From assembly GCA_934167835.1 (NCBI GenBank), contig CAKPLZ010000006.1, forward strand, positions 31,510-95,509: 64,000 bases of DNA. Direction: 5' to 3'. Source of the stretch: an uncultured Clostridia bacterium (GTDB taxonomy: Bacteria; Bacillota; Clostridia; TANB77; CAG-508). This document shows positions 39,058 through 49,315 of this stretch, in pieces (the first letter of the stretch is position 1; the number at the start of each line of letters is the position of its first letter). The notes beneath the pieces are model-generated. The model saw nothing but the letters and a program-made list of their open reading frames with translations, had not been told where the DNA came from and made no database searches. Position numbers and translations under genes: made by a program.

Positions 39058-41217
39058 GTGTTACAAATAGATTCAAAAATTGTTCTAAAAAGGTTTTTTG
39101 GTTATGATAGTTTTAGAACTGGGCAAGAGGAAATCGTAAATCAAATTTTGATGGGCAAGGATGTTTTAGGAATTATGCCTACTGGTGCTGGTAAGTCAAT
39201 TTGTTATCAGGTACCTGCTTTAATGCTTCCTGGTGTAACTATTGTAATTTCTCCACTTATTTCTCTTATGAAAGATCAAGTTGATTCTTTAAATGCTATG
39301 GGAATTCCTGCTACATTTATTAATAGTACTCTTTCTGCTTCTGAGTATGCGGGAGCTGTTCAAAACATTTTGTATGATGTATATAAAATTATTTACATTG
39401 CCCCTGAAAGGCTTAATTCTTCATCATTTATTGATATTTTAAAATCAATAAATATTTCCATGATTACAGTTGATGAAGCTCATTGTATTTCACAATGGGG
39501 ACATGATTTTAGGCCAACATATAGGGAAATTGCAAATGTTATATCTACTTTAAAGAAAAGGCCTATTGTTTCAGCTTTTACTGCAACTGCAACAGATATT
39601 GTTCGTGATGATATTATTAATCTTCTTAAACTTCAAAAGCCTTATGTTCTAACAACTGGGTTTGATAGGGCTAATTTAACTTTTTCTGTTGAATATCCAA
39701 TTAGCAAAAGAAAATTCATTACTGATTTTGTTAAGAAAAATAAAGACATTTCTGGAATTATTTACTGCCTTACTAGAAAAACGGTTATCGCTTTATATGA
39801 TGAGCTTTCTGCTTTAGGATATAAAGTTTCAAAATATCATGGAGGAATGACTGAGAAGGAAAGAACTCAAAATCAAGAAGACTTTGTTTATGATAGAACA
39901 TCTATAATGGTTGCTACTAATGCTTTTGGAATGGGTATTGATAAATCTAATATTAGATATGTTATCCATTACAATATGCCAAAAGACCTAGAAAGTTACT
40001 ATCAAGAAGCAGGTCGTGCTGGGCGTGATGGGGATAATTCTAGATGTATCTTGTTATTCAGTAGGGCTGATATTATAACTAATAAATTTCTAATTGAGCA
40101 GACTGAACATAAGTCTGATACTAGTGTGGAATATAAAAAGCTAAATGATATTATTGATTATTGCAATACAGATATGTGCCTTAGAAAATATATTTTAGAG
40201 TACTTTGGTGAACTACCTTTGTTTGATAACTGCCATAATTGTGGCAACTGTTTATCAGAAGTTGAAAAGGCTGATATTACTGTTGATGCAATGAAAATAT
40301 TATCTTGTATCAAGAGATTGAAAGAGAAATATGGTTCTGGAGTTGTAACAGATGTTTTAAAGGGCTCTAATACCTATAAAAATCAAATGCTTGGGTTTGA
40401 TAAATTATCAACTTTTGGAATTATGAGTGAATATTCAAAAAATACAATAAAAGATTTAATATATTTTCTAATTACAGAAGGTTATATAGAAACCTTTGGC
40501 GATAAGTATCCTGTACTTAGGCTTACACCTAGTGCTTCAAAAGTCTTGTTTGAAAGCGAAAAGGTTACAATTAAAAGAAAAATTGAAAAGTCTATTGAAG
40601 CTCAAGTTGATGAAGTTTATGACGCTAAACTTTTTGAGATTTTAAAAGCTTTAAGAAAAAGAATATCAGAAGAAACACATGTGCCACCATTTATAGTGTT
40701 TTCAGATACATCTTTAAAACAAATGGCAACATATTTTCCAACTTCAGAAGAGCAAATGCTGAAAATAAGTGGTGTTGGATATTCTAAGTTTGATAAATAT
40801 GGCAATAGATTTTTAGAAACAATCAGACCTTATGTTTCTGAAAACAATATAACTCCAAAAGAAATTCCTATAGAAACTCCAAAGAAAAAATCTTCTGTAG
40901 AATCTTCACCTAAAGTAAACACTGCAGAAATTTCTTACAATCTATTCAAACAAGGCAAATCTATTAAAGAAATTGCAGAAGAGCGTGGTTTTGTTACAAC
41001 AACCATTGAAACTCATTTACTAAAATACTTTGAAAATGGTGAAAATATAGATTTATCTAAATACATACATTCAAATTATGAGCAAGATATTTACAATGCA
41101 ATTGATACCTACGGAGCAGAAAAACTTCGAGTGTTAAAAGATGCTTTGCCTGATGGTGTAAGCTATTTCGATATAAAATATTTCTTAATAAAATATAAAC
41201 AAAAAAATGCAGTCTAG
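39058..41217 (+). CDS. recQ: ATP-dependent DNA helicase RecQ
   Basis: TGAGKS Walker A, VDEAHCISQWGHDFRP, Zn-binding Cys cluster, C-terminal HRDC-like region; exact start uncertain. Confidence 0.92.
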   Translation: MLQIDSKIVLKRFFGYDSFRTGQEEIVNQILMGKDVLGIMPTGAGKSICYQVPALMLPGVTIVISPLISLMKDQVDSLNAMGIPATFINSTLSASEYAGAVQNILYDVYKIIYIAPERLNSSSFIDILKSINISMITVDEAHCISQWGHDFRPTYREIANVISTLKKRPIVSAFTATATDIVRDDIINLLKLQKPYVLTTGFDRANLTFSVEYPISKRKFITDFVKKNKDISGIIYCLTRKTVIALYDELSALGYKVSKYHGGMTEKERTQNQEDFVYDRTSIMVATNAFGMGIDKSNIRYVIHYNMPKDLESYYQEAGRAGRDGDNSRCILLFSRADIITNKFLIEQTEHKSDTSVEYKKLNDIIDYCNTDMCLRKYILEYFGELPLFDNCHNCGNCLSEVEKADITVDAMKILSCIKRLKEKYGSGVVTDVLKGSNTYKNQMLGFDKLSTFGIMSEYSKNTIKDLIYFLITEGYIETFGDKYPVLRLTPSASKVLFESEKVTIKRKIEKSIEAQVDEVYDAKLFEILKALRKRISEETHVPPFIVFSDTSLKQMATYFPTSEEQMLKISGVGYSKFDKYGNRFLETIRPYVSENNITPKEIPIETPKKKSSVESSPKVNTAEISYNLFKQGKSIKEIAEERGFVTTTIETHLLKYFENGENIDLSKYIHSNYEQDIYNAIDTYGAEKLRVLKDALPDGVSYFDIKYFLIKYKQKNAV

Positions 41218-41230
41218 GCTGCATTTTTTT
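41201..41230. terminator. Bidirectional terminator hairpin
   Basis: AAAAAATGCAG-TCTAGG-CTGCATTTTTT between convergent genes. Confidence 0.6.
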
Positions 41231-41858
41231 ACACTCTTTTTATTCTAAATGTTGGTATTCCTGTTGAGTATGGTGCTATATCATAGTGTTGGTAATAAAT
41301 ATATACTGCATCTTTTGTTAGATAAAAACTATTTGGGTTAAATGTACTTATAACAAGCTGGCAGCTGTCTTCAAAAAATACTCGTGGATTTGCTGCAATT
41401 TGTCTGTTTATTTCTTTGAATATGTCTACCATAAAATATGGATTATTCTTAAATACATCTTCTAGTTTAATCATTTTACCTGTTATCATATTCCAGTTTT
41501 GTGATGTTCTAACAGTATCTCCATGTGCTCCACCTGAATAGATGTATTCATCTGCATACAAACTTATAACATTATTTGCATTTAATGTTACTTCATAATT
41601 TCGAACAACCTCGTATGCCCTTTGTGGGTAACCATTCTTTTTGTTATACTTATAAAGTTCCACTGCTTGCTTAAATAGCTCATTTTCACATTTTCTTTGC
41701 AAAGAAAATGCCTGTTTTTTGTTGTATATATTGAAGTTAATTATGCCAAAACTATGTGTTTTTGCTTCAATATATGGATAGTTAATTTTGTAAGTTAGAA
41801 CTGCTGTGCCATCATACATCATTTTTCTTTCTAAAACATTATTATCAATTTTATACAT
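41229..41858 (-). CDS. DUF3298/DUF4163 domain protein
   Basis: YSGGAHG hallmark; start chosen at MYKIDNN after GAGGGGG. Confidence 0.65.
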   Translation of the reverse strand: MYKIDNNVLERKMMYDGTAVLTYKINYPYIEAKTHSFGIINFNIYNKKQAFSLQRKCENELFKQAVELYKYNKKNGYPQRAYEVVRNYEVTLNANNVISLYADEYIYSGGAHGDTVRTSQNWNMITGKMIKLEDVFKNNPYFMVDIFKEINRQIAANPRVFFEDSCQLVISTFNPNSFYLTKDAVYIYYQHYDIAPYSTGIPTFRIKRV

Positions 41859-41907
41859 AAAAATCCCCCTCAAGTAAATATATGCTTGAGGTGTGAGTTT
41901 TGTTATT

Positions 41908-43509
41908 CTATTTCAAACTATCTACAACCATCACAAACTTAACTTCTCCACTATTTCCTTCACTTATCATTCCAAAGTTGTTATACTCATTGCTCAAATC
42001 GTTTAGTTTTTCAACTCTTTTTGAAATGTTCTTTACATCTCCATTTATTAAGTTACATACTTTTTGTATTCCTTCTGTATCGAATTTTGTTGCTCCTTCA
42101 GCTAAACTTTGTGTTCCGTTTTTTAGGGTTTGTAGTGAGCTTGGTAGTTCTTTAGTTGAGTTTGTAAGTTTTGCTAGGTTTTCTTCTAGGGCTTTTGTTC
42201 CTGCTGATATTTTTTGTAGTCCTTTTTCTAGGGCTGTAATTTGTGCTTGTGATGTTTCTGTTGGTGTTATTTTGGCTATTACTGCTTCGTTTGTTTTTTC
42301 TTGTTTTGTTAGTGCTGTAATTCTTGCGTTTAACCCATTTGCTCTTGTTGTTAACTCATCTATTGTTGTTTGTATTGCTGTTTTATCTGCTTCGTCTGTT
42401 AATTTTGCTTTTAATACTGTTAAGTTTGTTATTTGTGTTTTTAGCTCTCCTGCTTCTGCTGTAAGCTGTGTTATTTCGCTATTTAATACTTGGTTATTTG
42501 ATTGTAACATTCCTATTGATGTTGTAATTAAGTCTGTAAGTTTTTGTTTTAATGCACCTATTCCTACAACTAAGCCTTCTTCACCATTTACTCCTGTATT
42601 TAATTCTTGTGCGCCATTATATAATGCTACTGCACTTTGTGGTAGTGCTCCAAGTTTTGAACTTAGAAGTCCAACTCCTTCATTAACTTTATTTGCTCCA
42701 TCTACTATTTGCTTACTTGATTCTTTTAGTGTGTCTGCTTTTGCATATACTGTATCTAATTTATCAAATATTTCTAAGTCACTTAAGTCTACCATTTTTG
42801 CTGTTACATAAGTAATTATGCTGTTTTGTTCAAAGTCTGTTGTGTCTAAAGTTATTTCAATGCTTGTTGGTATATCTATTTCTTTTTTAGATAAATTTAA
42901 ACTTTCTTGTAATCCAGGAAGTGCCATTCCTACTAATGCTGTTTTTGAGCCATCATCTACTAATTTTCCGTTTGTAATTGAGATGTTTTTGTTATTTGTA
43001 TTATCAAATACTGTTCCTGCAACTACTACAAATGGAATGTACATTGTTGTTTTTCTTCCATTTACTGTTATTTCTCTTGCCTCTTTGTTTGTGTATTCTA
43101 TTGTTATTTTAACATTACCTGATTTGCCTACTATATCTTTTGCTGAAATTTCTTCTCCATTTAATTCATATTTTATGTTGCAAGTAACAGGTAATTCTTG
43201 TGTGCTTTCACCTTGATAATAAATGTCGTTTCCATTTGCTTGCCATACAAGCTTGTTATCTTGTTTTTCAAATGTTTCATCTCCATTTGTATTTTCAATG
43301 TTGATTAAGTTTGATAAGTCTTCTATTATTTGTTCATTATCACTGTTTTCTATATGTGTTGTTACTATTGTTTTATATGCGTTTCCTTCATTATCTAGTT
43401 TTGAATATACAGTTTCTGATTTTGTATATGCAAATACTGGTGCTGATGTTGTTGCTATAATGGAACATAAGGCTGTTCCTGCAATTATTTTTGAAATTTT
43501 ATCTTTCAT
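41908..43509 (-). CDS. YhgE/Pip-like secreted repeat protein (MMPL partner)
   Basis: Signal peptide, beta-rich N-domain, then long helical repeats (..LNEGVGLLSSKLGALPQSAVALYNGAQELNTGV..). Confidence 0.6.
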   Translation of the reverse strand: MKDKISKIIAGTALCSIIATTSAPVFAYTKSETVYSKLDNEGNAYKTIVTTHIENSDNEQIIEDLSNLINIENTNGDETFEKQDNKLVWQANGNDIYYQGESTQELPVTCNIKYELNGEEISAKDIVGKSGNVKITIEYTNKEAREITVNGRKTTMYIPFVVVAGTVFDNTNNKNISITNGKLVDDGSKTALVGMALPGLQESLNLSKKEIDIPTSIEITLDTTDFEQNSIITYVTAKMVDLSDLEIFDKLDTVYAKADTLKESSKQIVDGANKVNEGVGLLSSKLGALPQSAVALYNGAQELNTGVNGEEGLVVGIGALKQKLTDLITTSIGMLQSNNQVLNSEITQLTAEAGELKTQITNLTVLKAKLTDEADKTAIQTTIDELTTRANGLNARITALTKQEKTNEAVIAKITPTETSQAQITALEKGLQKISAGTKALEENLAKLTNSTKELPSSLQTLKNGTQSLAEGATKFDTEGIQKVCNLINGDVKNISKRVEKLNDLSNEYNNFGMISEGNSGEVKFVMVVDSLK

Positions 43510-43521
43510 AATTCATTCCTC

Positions 43522-45585
43522 CTAATTTTTAACTTCTTTCATTCCCATTGTTGTTTTACAAATTATTTTATCAAACATCATTAGGAATGCTGGTAATACT
43601 GTTATTACAACTACCATACTAATTAATGCGCCTCTAGACATTAATGTACATAGTGAACCAATCATTTCAATTTTTGAGTAAATGCCTACTCCAAATGTTG
43701 CTCCGAAGAAGCATAAACCACTTGTTACTATTGAACTTATTGATGTTCCTAATGCTTCATCTATTGCTGATTTCTTGTCTTTTCCTTCTTTTCTAAGTGT
43801 TATATATTTTGTTGTTATTAATATTGCATAATCTATTGTTGCTCCAAGTTGTATTGTTCCTATTACAATTGATGCTACGAATGGTAAACTTGTATGTGTG
43901 TATGCTGGTATTCCCATGTTTATAAATATTGCAAATTCAATTATTGTAATTAATATTACTGGTAATGATATTGATTTTAATACAAATATCATTATGATAA
44001 ATATAATTGCTATTGAAACTGTATTTACACTATTGAAATCGTGGTTTGCAATTTCAACTAAGTCTTTCATTAAAGGTCCTTCACCAGCTAAGATTGCATC
44101 TTTATCGTATTCCTTTATGATGTCATTTACTTTTGTTATTTGCTCATTTAGCTCATCTGTTGCCATTTCATAATTTGAGTTAATTAATATTAATTGATAT
44201 TTATCATTTTCAAAAACTGATTTAATATCATCTGAAAGCATTTCTTCTGGCAAACTAGATAGTTTTGCATAGCTTAATGTCCATTCTATTCCATCTACAT
44301 TTTCAATTTCCTCTAGCATTTCTTTTACTTCGTGTGTTGGAACATTTTTATCTACTAACACTATTTCAGTTGATACCATGTTGAATTTTTCTTTTAGCTC
44401 TGTGTTTGCCTCAATGCTTGGTAATGTTTTTGGTAATGATTTATCTAGGTTATAGTAAACTTCTGTATGCGTGTATCCCCATACTGCAAATGGTAGAACA
44501 ATTACAAACACTGCAATTATTGCCCAGCGATGTTTGATATTGAAATCTTTTAAGTGTTTGAATTTTGGCATTATTTCTTTGTGTTTAGTTTTTTCTATTG
44601 CTTTATCAAATGTAAGTATTAATGCTGGTAGAACTGTTACTACACAAATTAGTCCAAATAGAACACCTTTTGCCATAACTAAGCCTATATCTTTTCCTAG
44701 TGTTAAGTTCATACTACATAATGCTAAGAAGCCTGCAATTGTTGTAAGTGAACTTCCTATTACAGATACGAATGTTTTTGAAATAGCTTGTGCCATTGCT
44801 TCTTCTTTATCTTGTGTCTTTTCTTTTTCAGCTATATAGCTGTGATATAGGAATATTGCAAAGTCCATTGTTACACCTAATTGTAATACTGCACTTATGG
44901 CTTTTGTTATGTATGATATTTCTCCAAGGAAGATGTTTGTTCCCATGTTGTATAGAATTGCCATTCCTATGTTTAGTAGTAAAAATACTGGTGCTACATA
45001 AGAATCAAGTGCTAATTGTAGAATTACAAAGCATAAAACTACTGCAATTGCTACATAAATTGCAACTTCTAAATTAGATAAGTCTCTTGTATCTAATACT
45101 GTTGCTGACATTCCACTTATTTTACATTGTTTATCTGTCATACCTCTTAAAGTTTCAATTGTTTCTAGTGTTTTATCTGATGATATTCCTTCTTTAAATG
45201 TTACTAGAAGTGCTGTTGTTCCATCTTTATATACCTTGTCTTTGATATCATCTGGTATCATTTCTACTGGAATGTTTGTGCCTAAAATATCTGAAGCACC
45301 AACTACTTTTTCTACATTATCGTTATTTCTAAATTTCTCCTCTAATTTTTTAATATCTTTTGTTTTCATATTATCTAATAGCACTATTGAATATGACCCC
45401 ATGTTAAAATTGTTTTGCAATATATTTTGTCCTTGCATTGTTTCAATGTCTTCTGGAAGATATACTAAAATATCGTAGTTTACTCTAGTTGCTTTCATTC
45501 CAAGAAATGATGGGATTAGTAATAATATTGCTATTATTAAGATTAATGTTTTGTTTTTACATATTTTTCTTGCAAAGTCTAACAT
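43522..45585 (-). CDS. MMPL/RND-family membrane transporter
   Basis: About 690 aa with two 6-TM bundles separated by extracytoplasmic domains; start at MLDFARK after AAAGGAGAG. Confidence 0.8.
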   Translation of the reverse strand: MLDFARKICKNKTLILIIAILLLIPSFLGMKATRVNYDILVYLPEDIETMQGQNILQNNFNMGSYSIVLLDNMKTKDIKKLEEKFRNNDNVEKVVGASDILGTNIPVEMIPDDIKDKVYKDGTTALLVTFKEGISSDKTLETIETLRGMTDKQCKISGMSATVLDTRDLSNLEVAIYVAIAVVLCFVILQLALDSYVAPVFLLLNIGMAILYNMGTNIFLGEISYITKAISAVLQLGVTMDFAIFLYHSYIAEKEKTQDKEEAMAQAISKTFVSVIGSSLTTIAGFLALCSMNLTLGKDIGLVMAKGVLFGLICVVTVLPALILTFDKAIEKTKHKEIMPKFKHLKDFNIKHRWAIIAVFVIVLPFAVWGYTHTEVYYNLDKSLPKTLPSIEANTELKEKFNMVSTEIVLVDKNVPTHEVKEMLEEIENVDGIEWTLSYAKLSSLPEEMLSDDIKSVFENDKYQLILINSNYEMATDELNEQITKVNDIIKEYDKDAILAGEGPLMKDLVEIANHDFNSVNTVSIAIIFIIMIFVLKSISLPVILITIIEFAIFINMGIPAYTHTSLPFVASIVIGTIQLGATIDYAILITTKYITLRKEGKDKKSAIDEALGTSISSIVTSGLCFFGATFGVGIYSKIEMIGSLCTLMSRGALISMVVVITVLPAFLMMFDKIICKTTMGMKEVKN

Positions 45586-45606
45586 TTTTTTCTCTCCTTT
45601 CATTTA

Positions 45607-45619
45607 TGACTAACGGTCA
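45607..45619. promoter_or_regulatory. TetR operator-like palindrome TGAC-N5-GTCA (site 1)
   Basis: TGACTAACGGTCA in the divergent mmpL/tetR intergenic region. Confidence 0.55.
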
Positions 45620-45642
45620 CTTTCTATATATTACCACTTTTA

Positions 45643-45655
45643 TGACCGTTGGTCA
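45643..45655. promoter_or_regulatory. TetR operator-like palindrome (site 2)
   Basis: TGACCGTTGGTCA, an inverted version of site 1. Confidence 0.55.
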
Positions 45656-45695
45656 ATAGTTTTGTCTAAAAAATTTAATTTTCTTTTAAATATAT

Positions 45696-45708
45696 TGACT
45701 AAGTGTCA
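45696..45708. promoter_or_regulatory. TetR operator-like palindrome (site 3), overlapping the tetR -35 box
   Basis: TGACTAAGTGTCA; TTGACT-17-AATAAT promoter-like spacing. Confidence 0.5.
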
Positions 45709-45741
45709 TTTTTATGCAATAATGATATTGGGTGTTTTTTT

Positions 45742-46341
45742 ATGAGTATTAATAAAAATGATGAAAATAGTAAAGAAAATAGGCTTTTATCAAATGCTTT
45801 TAAACTTTTTACTGAGAAGGGTATTAAGGATACTTCTATTCAAGAAATTGTTGATAATGCTAATGTTGCTAAAGGTACTTTTTACTTATATTTTAAGGAT
45901 AAATATGAAATTAGGGATGTTTTGATTACTAAAAAATCAGAAAAGCTTTTTAGTGATGCTCTAGCTTCACTTAGAAAGAACTACATTTCAAACTTTTCCG
46001 ACCAGATTGTTTATGTTATTAATTATGTAATTGATGAACTTAATAAAAATCAAATTCTTTTAAAATTCATTTCTAAGAATTTGTCTTGGGGAGTTTACAA
46101 TAAGACTTTGTGGACTATTTATGAGACAAATGAGGAAAAAGGAGATACACTTTACGAATTGTTTATGAAAGGTGTTAAAGAAAATAACATTAAGCTTAAA
46201 AACCCTGAGGTTACTTTGTTTATGATTATTGAGCTTGTAAGTTCTACTTGCTTTAACTCAATTTTATATAAAGACCCACTTCCTATTGATGAGTTTAAAC
46301 CATTTTTGTATGAGACTATTAGAAATATGATTAAGGCATAA
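45742..46341 (+). CDS. TetR/AcrR-family transcriptional regulator
   Basis: HTH TSIQEIVDNANVAKGTFYLYFKDK; start taken at the second Met. Confidence 0.85.
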   Translation: MSINKNDENSKENRLLSNAFKLFTEKGIKDTSIQEIVDNANVAKGTFYLYFKDKYEIRDVLITKKSEKLFSDALASLRKNYISNFSDQIVYVINYVIDELNKNQILLKFISKNLSWGVYNKTLWTIYETNEEKGDTLYELFMKGVKENNIKLKNPEVTLFMIIELVSSTCFNSILYKDPLPIDEFKPFLYETIRNMIKA

Positions 46342-46374
46342 AAAAATCCCCTTATTTTGGGGATTTTATTTTTC
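46341..46374. terminator. Bidirectional terminator
   Basis: AAAATCCCC-TTATTTT-GGGGATTTT hairpin flanked by A/T runs. Confidence 0.7.
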
Positions 46375-47442
46375 ATTGTTTTGGTTATTATTGTTTTTTT
46401 GAAAATTATATTCTTCTTGTCTTTGATTCCATTTTTGATATTTTATATCCTCTCTGTGGTCTTCAATTTCAAAATTGCTTTTTATAAAGTTAGATAAGTA
46501 TGTTCCAACCTTTTCAGCTCCTTTTAGATTTAAATGGTCTCCTCCGTCTTGAGTATCTGTTGCCCAATCTATATTGATATTTTCATCATAATTCAAATCT
46601 ATAAATTTAAGACCTCTTTCCTTTGCATATTCAGCTATAATTCTGCTTTTATCTTCTGACCAGAATCTTGGTTCTGGTACTTTTATTAATACTAGTTCAG
46701 AATTATTGTCTTTGCAATATTTTTCAATTCTTTCCATTTTCTCTATTGTTTCTTTTGCCAGTATTGCTTCTGGATTTATTTCTTCAGCTCTTGGTTTGAT
46801 TTTTTTATTTTTATTTTGATCTATATCTTTACCATATTTTTTTACATTTTTGTTCATCAAAAATCCAAAAAAAGTATATTCATATTTATCTGCAAATTTT
46901 CTAAAATCCACTTCATCTATTTTGTTCCATCTTGAATGATATCTAAGTACTGGAAAAATACACGTTAGCTTATCAAATCCAGATAATTCAAAATCATCGT
47001 CTTGAATCATTTCTAATTTTGTTTTGCCAAGTTTCATTGAGTCTATTGCTCTTCTTATTGATAATTCATCATTTGATTGTAAATTGCTAAATGCTTCTCC
47101 AACCTCTAAAAAAACCGCTTGTGGCTTTTGATACTGAAATGCCTCTTTAATCCAATAATATGATGACCACATTTGTTGCCTTGGTGTTGATAATGAATAC
47201 CCTGTTACTCCTATATTATTATACATTTCCATTGGTGAAATCCCTGTATATACACAAGAATTCCCAACATAAAGAAAATCAACAGTGTCCCTTTCTTGTT
47301 TATAGAATTCAATTATTGTATATGATTGAAACCATTCTTTATATGTTCCTGTTGGATTAAACAATATTCCAAAAAAGTGCATTAGTAAAATAAAGATTAC
47401 TATAAATGCTATGATTTTAATATAATTTGTTATTTTATTCAT
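46366..47442 (-). CDS. Extracytoplasmic SGNH/AlgX-DltD-like partner of the MBOAT
   Basis: N-terminal TM anchor; C-terminal DGGDHLNLKGAEK motif; position after the MBOAT. Confidence 0.6.
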   Translation of the reverse strand: MNKITNYIKIIAFIVIFILLMHFFGILFNPTGTYKEWFQSYTIIEFYKQERDTVDFLYVGNSCVYTGISPMEMYNNIGVTGYSLSTPRQQMWSSYYWIKEAFQYQKPQAVFLEVGEAFSNLQSNDELSIRRAIDSMKLGKTKLEMIQDDDFELSGFDKLTCIFPVLRYHSRWNKIDEVDFRKFADKYEYTFFGFLMNKNVKKYGKDIDQNKNKKIKPRAEEINPEAILAKETIEKMERIEKYCKDNNSELVLIKVPEPRFWSEDKSRIIAEYAKERGLKFIDLNYDENINIDWATDTQDGGDHLNLKGAEKVGTYLSNFIKSNFEIEDHREDIKYQKWNQRQEEYNFQKNNNNQNNEK

Positions 47443-47463
47443 AATTTTATCCTCTTACATAAA

Positions 47464-49059
47464 TTAAAATTGCCCATATATGAAGCTTTGAACATTATAT
47501 CCTTGCCCATATATTCCAAATATGATAATTGAAAATATTAATCCATAATAAACAATCCATCTAAATATTAAATTTTGTTCCCTTAGCCATTTTCTCACAC
47601 TTTGTTTCTTTTCTTGTGATAAGCTTACAATTAATAATATTACCATAGATATTATCAATATGGCTATATCACCTTTTTTCAAAACACCTAGTAAAAAAGC
47701 CTCCCCATTAAATATCATTTCTAAATTACGTTGATGAAATATTGATTTTACCATTTTAATTGCTACACTTAAATTTTCTGCTCTAAATATTGTCATCCCA
47801 ATGCATACAAATCCACTTGTTTTGAGTACTTGCCAGAATCTATAACTCCATACTTTTGTATTTATTTTAAATATGTTAATTAATTTATTTCCAAAAGGTT
47901 CTAATATCTTGCCTAACATCATTATTGAATAATAATATAATCCATAAATAATATATTTTACCCCTGAACCATGCCATATTCCATTACATAGCCATACACA
48001 TAATAGTGAAAACGCAACTGGAATAATTTTTGATAAGTATGATGTTTTAAATATTTTCTTTGAAATATCCGTTATTTTCATTGATAATTTTGAAAGCGAT
48101 ACTGGATAAAACACATAATCTTTAAGCCATGTTCCAAGCGTAATATTCCATCTTCTCCAAAATTCATCAATAGACTTTGAGAAAAATGGTCTTTCAAAAT
48201 TTTCATCTAGATGTATTCCAAATATTTCTGAAACACCTCTTACAATATCAATACCACCTGAAAATTCAGCATAAATTTGAATTGTATATGATATTATTCC
48301 TAAAATGATAATTATTCCTGAATATTCACTGTAGTTTCCAAATACTTGATTTGCATACATTCCTATTCTATCTGCGATTACCATTTTTTTAAAGTATCCC
48401 CAAAGCATTAATATTCCGCCATTTGTAAGTTGATTATATGTAATACTATGTGGTTCATAAAGTTGATTTGCTAATTTATCATATCTACCTATTGGACCTT
48501 CTACCATTTGCGGAAAAAATGATAGAAACAACGCTACTCTACCTATATTTTTATCCGCTTGTATTTTTCCCCTATAAACATCTACCATATAACTAATTGC
48601 CTGCAAAGTATAATATGATATTCCAAGTGGTAATATAAATTTGGCTATTGGCATTTGTACTGGTATTTTTAAAATTGAAAATAGTGAGTTAATATTTTCT
48701 CCTATAACTCCTGAATATTTTAATATAGTTAATATTGCTATATTCAATATAATTCCTAGTGCTAGTATCAATTTTTGTTTCGATTTTGATTTCTTTTTCA
48801 ATATTTTTTTCTGTTCTTTATCCTCTATATTTTTTAATGCACTTTTAGTTTCCTCATTTATTTTGCTTAAACTTAGTGCTACAAAATAGATTGAAAGAGT
48901 TGTTATTATTAAAAATGCTGTTAAATATGTACTATTCAAAAAATAGAATAAATAGCTTGCAATTAGTAAAACTGTCCATTTTTTGTGCCCGGGCATTATT
49001 TTATAAAGTAATAATTCAATTGCAATAAAGACTAAAAATTCAAGTGATGTTATTACCAT
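47464..49059 (-). CDS. MBOAT-family membrane O-acyltransferase (DltB/AlgI-like)
   Basis: Polytopic; conserved WRRWNITLGTWLKDYVFYP and NGIWHG (catalytic His) motifs. Confidence 0.85.
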   Translation of the reverse strand: MVITSLEFLVFIAIELLLYKIMPGHKKWTVLLIASYLFYFLNSTYLTAFLIITTLSIYFVALSLSKINEETKSALKNIEDKEQKKILKKKSKSKQKLILALGIILNIAILTILKYSGVIGENINSLFSILKIPVQMPIAKFILPLGISYYTLQAISYMVDVYRGKIQADKNIGRVALFLSFFPQMVEGPIGRYDKLANQLYEPHSITYNQLTNGGILMLWGYFKKMVIADRIGMYANQVFGNYSEYSGIIIILGIISYTIQIYAEFSGGIDIVRGVSEIFGIHLDENFERPFFSKSIDEFWRRWNITLGTWLKDYVFYPVSLSKLSMKITDISKKIFKTSYLSKIIPVAFSLLCVWLCNGIWHGSGVKYIIYGLYYYSIMMLGKILEPFGNKLINIFKINTKVWSYRFWQVLKTSGFVCIGMTIFRAENLSVAIKMVKSIFHQRNLEMIFNGEAFLLGVLKKGDIAILIISMVILLIVSLSQEKKQSVRKWLREQNLIFRWIVYYGLIFSIIIFGIYGQGYNVQSFIYGQF

Positions 49060-49075
49060 TTTTTATTCCTTTCTA

Positions 49076-49303
49076 TTACTCCTCTTGTAATCTTTCTACT
49101 AATTCATGAATTGTGCTTACTGATTTAAAATTATCTGGTATTAAATCTGCTGGTGTAATTTCTATATCAAATTCTTCATTTAATCTTGCTACTAAATTAA
49201 CTATATCAAATGAATCAAGTACTTCATCTTCAATAAGATTTTCCTCTGTTTCAAAATCAACTCCTGGTTTTACAAATTCTAAAATTTTTAATATTTCTTC
49301 CAT
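49076..49303 (-). CDS. DltC-like acyl/peptidyl carrier protein
   Basis: 75 aa with LDSFDIVNL phosphopantetheine-attachment Ser motif. Confidence 0.8.
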   Translation of the reverse strand: MEEILKILEFVKPGVDFETEENLIEDEVLDSFDIVNLVARLNEEFDIEITPADLIPDNFKSVSTIHELVERLQEE

Positions 49304-49315
49304 TTTTTCTCTCCT

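Noticed and set aside
41900-42811. 303-aa plus-strand ORF
   Set aside because: It is low-complexity (S/F/V/C-rich) and entirely antisense to the well-supported YhgE/Pip-like gene, so it is a shadow ORF.
45703-45741. Longer TetR start (GTG at 45703)
   Set aside because: It would lie inside the predicted promoter and operator. The conserved TetR N-terminus begins after the ATG at 45742.
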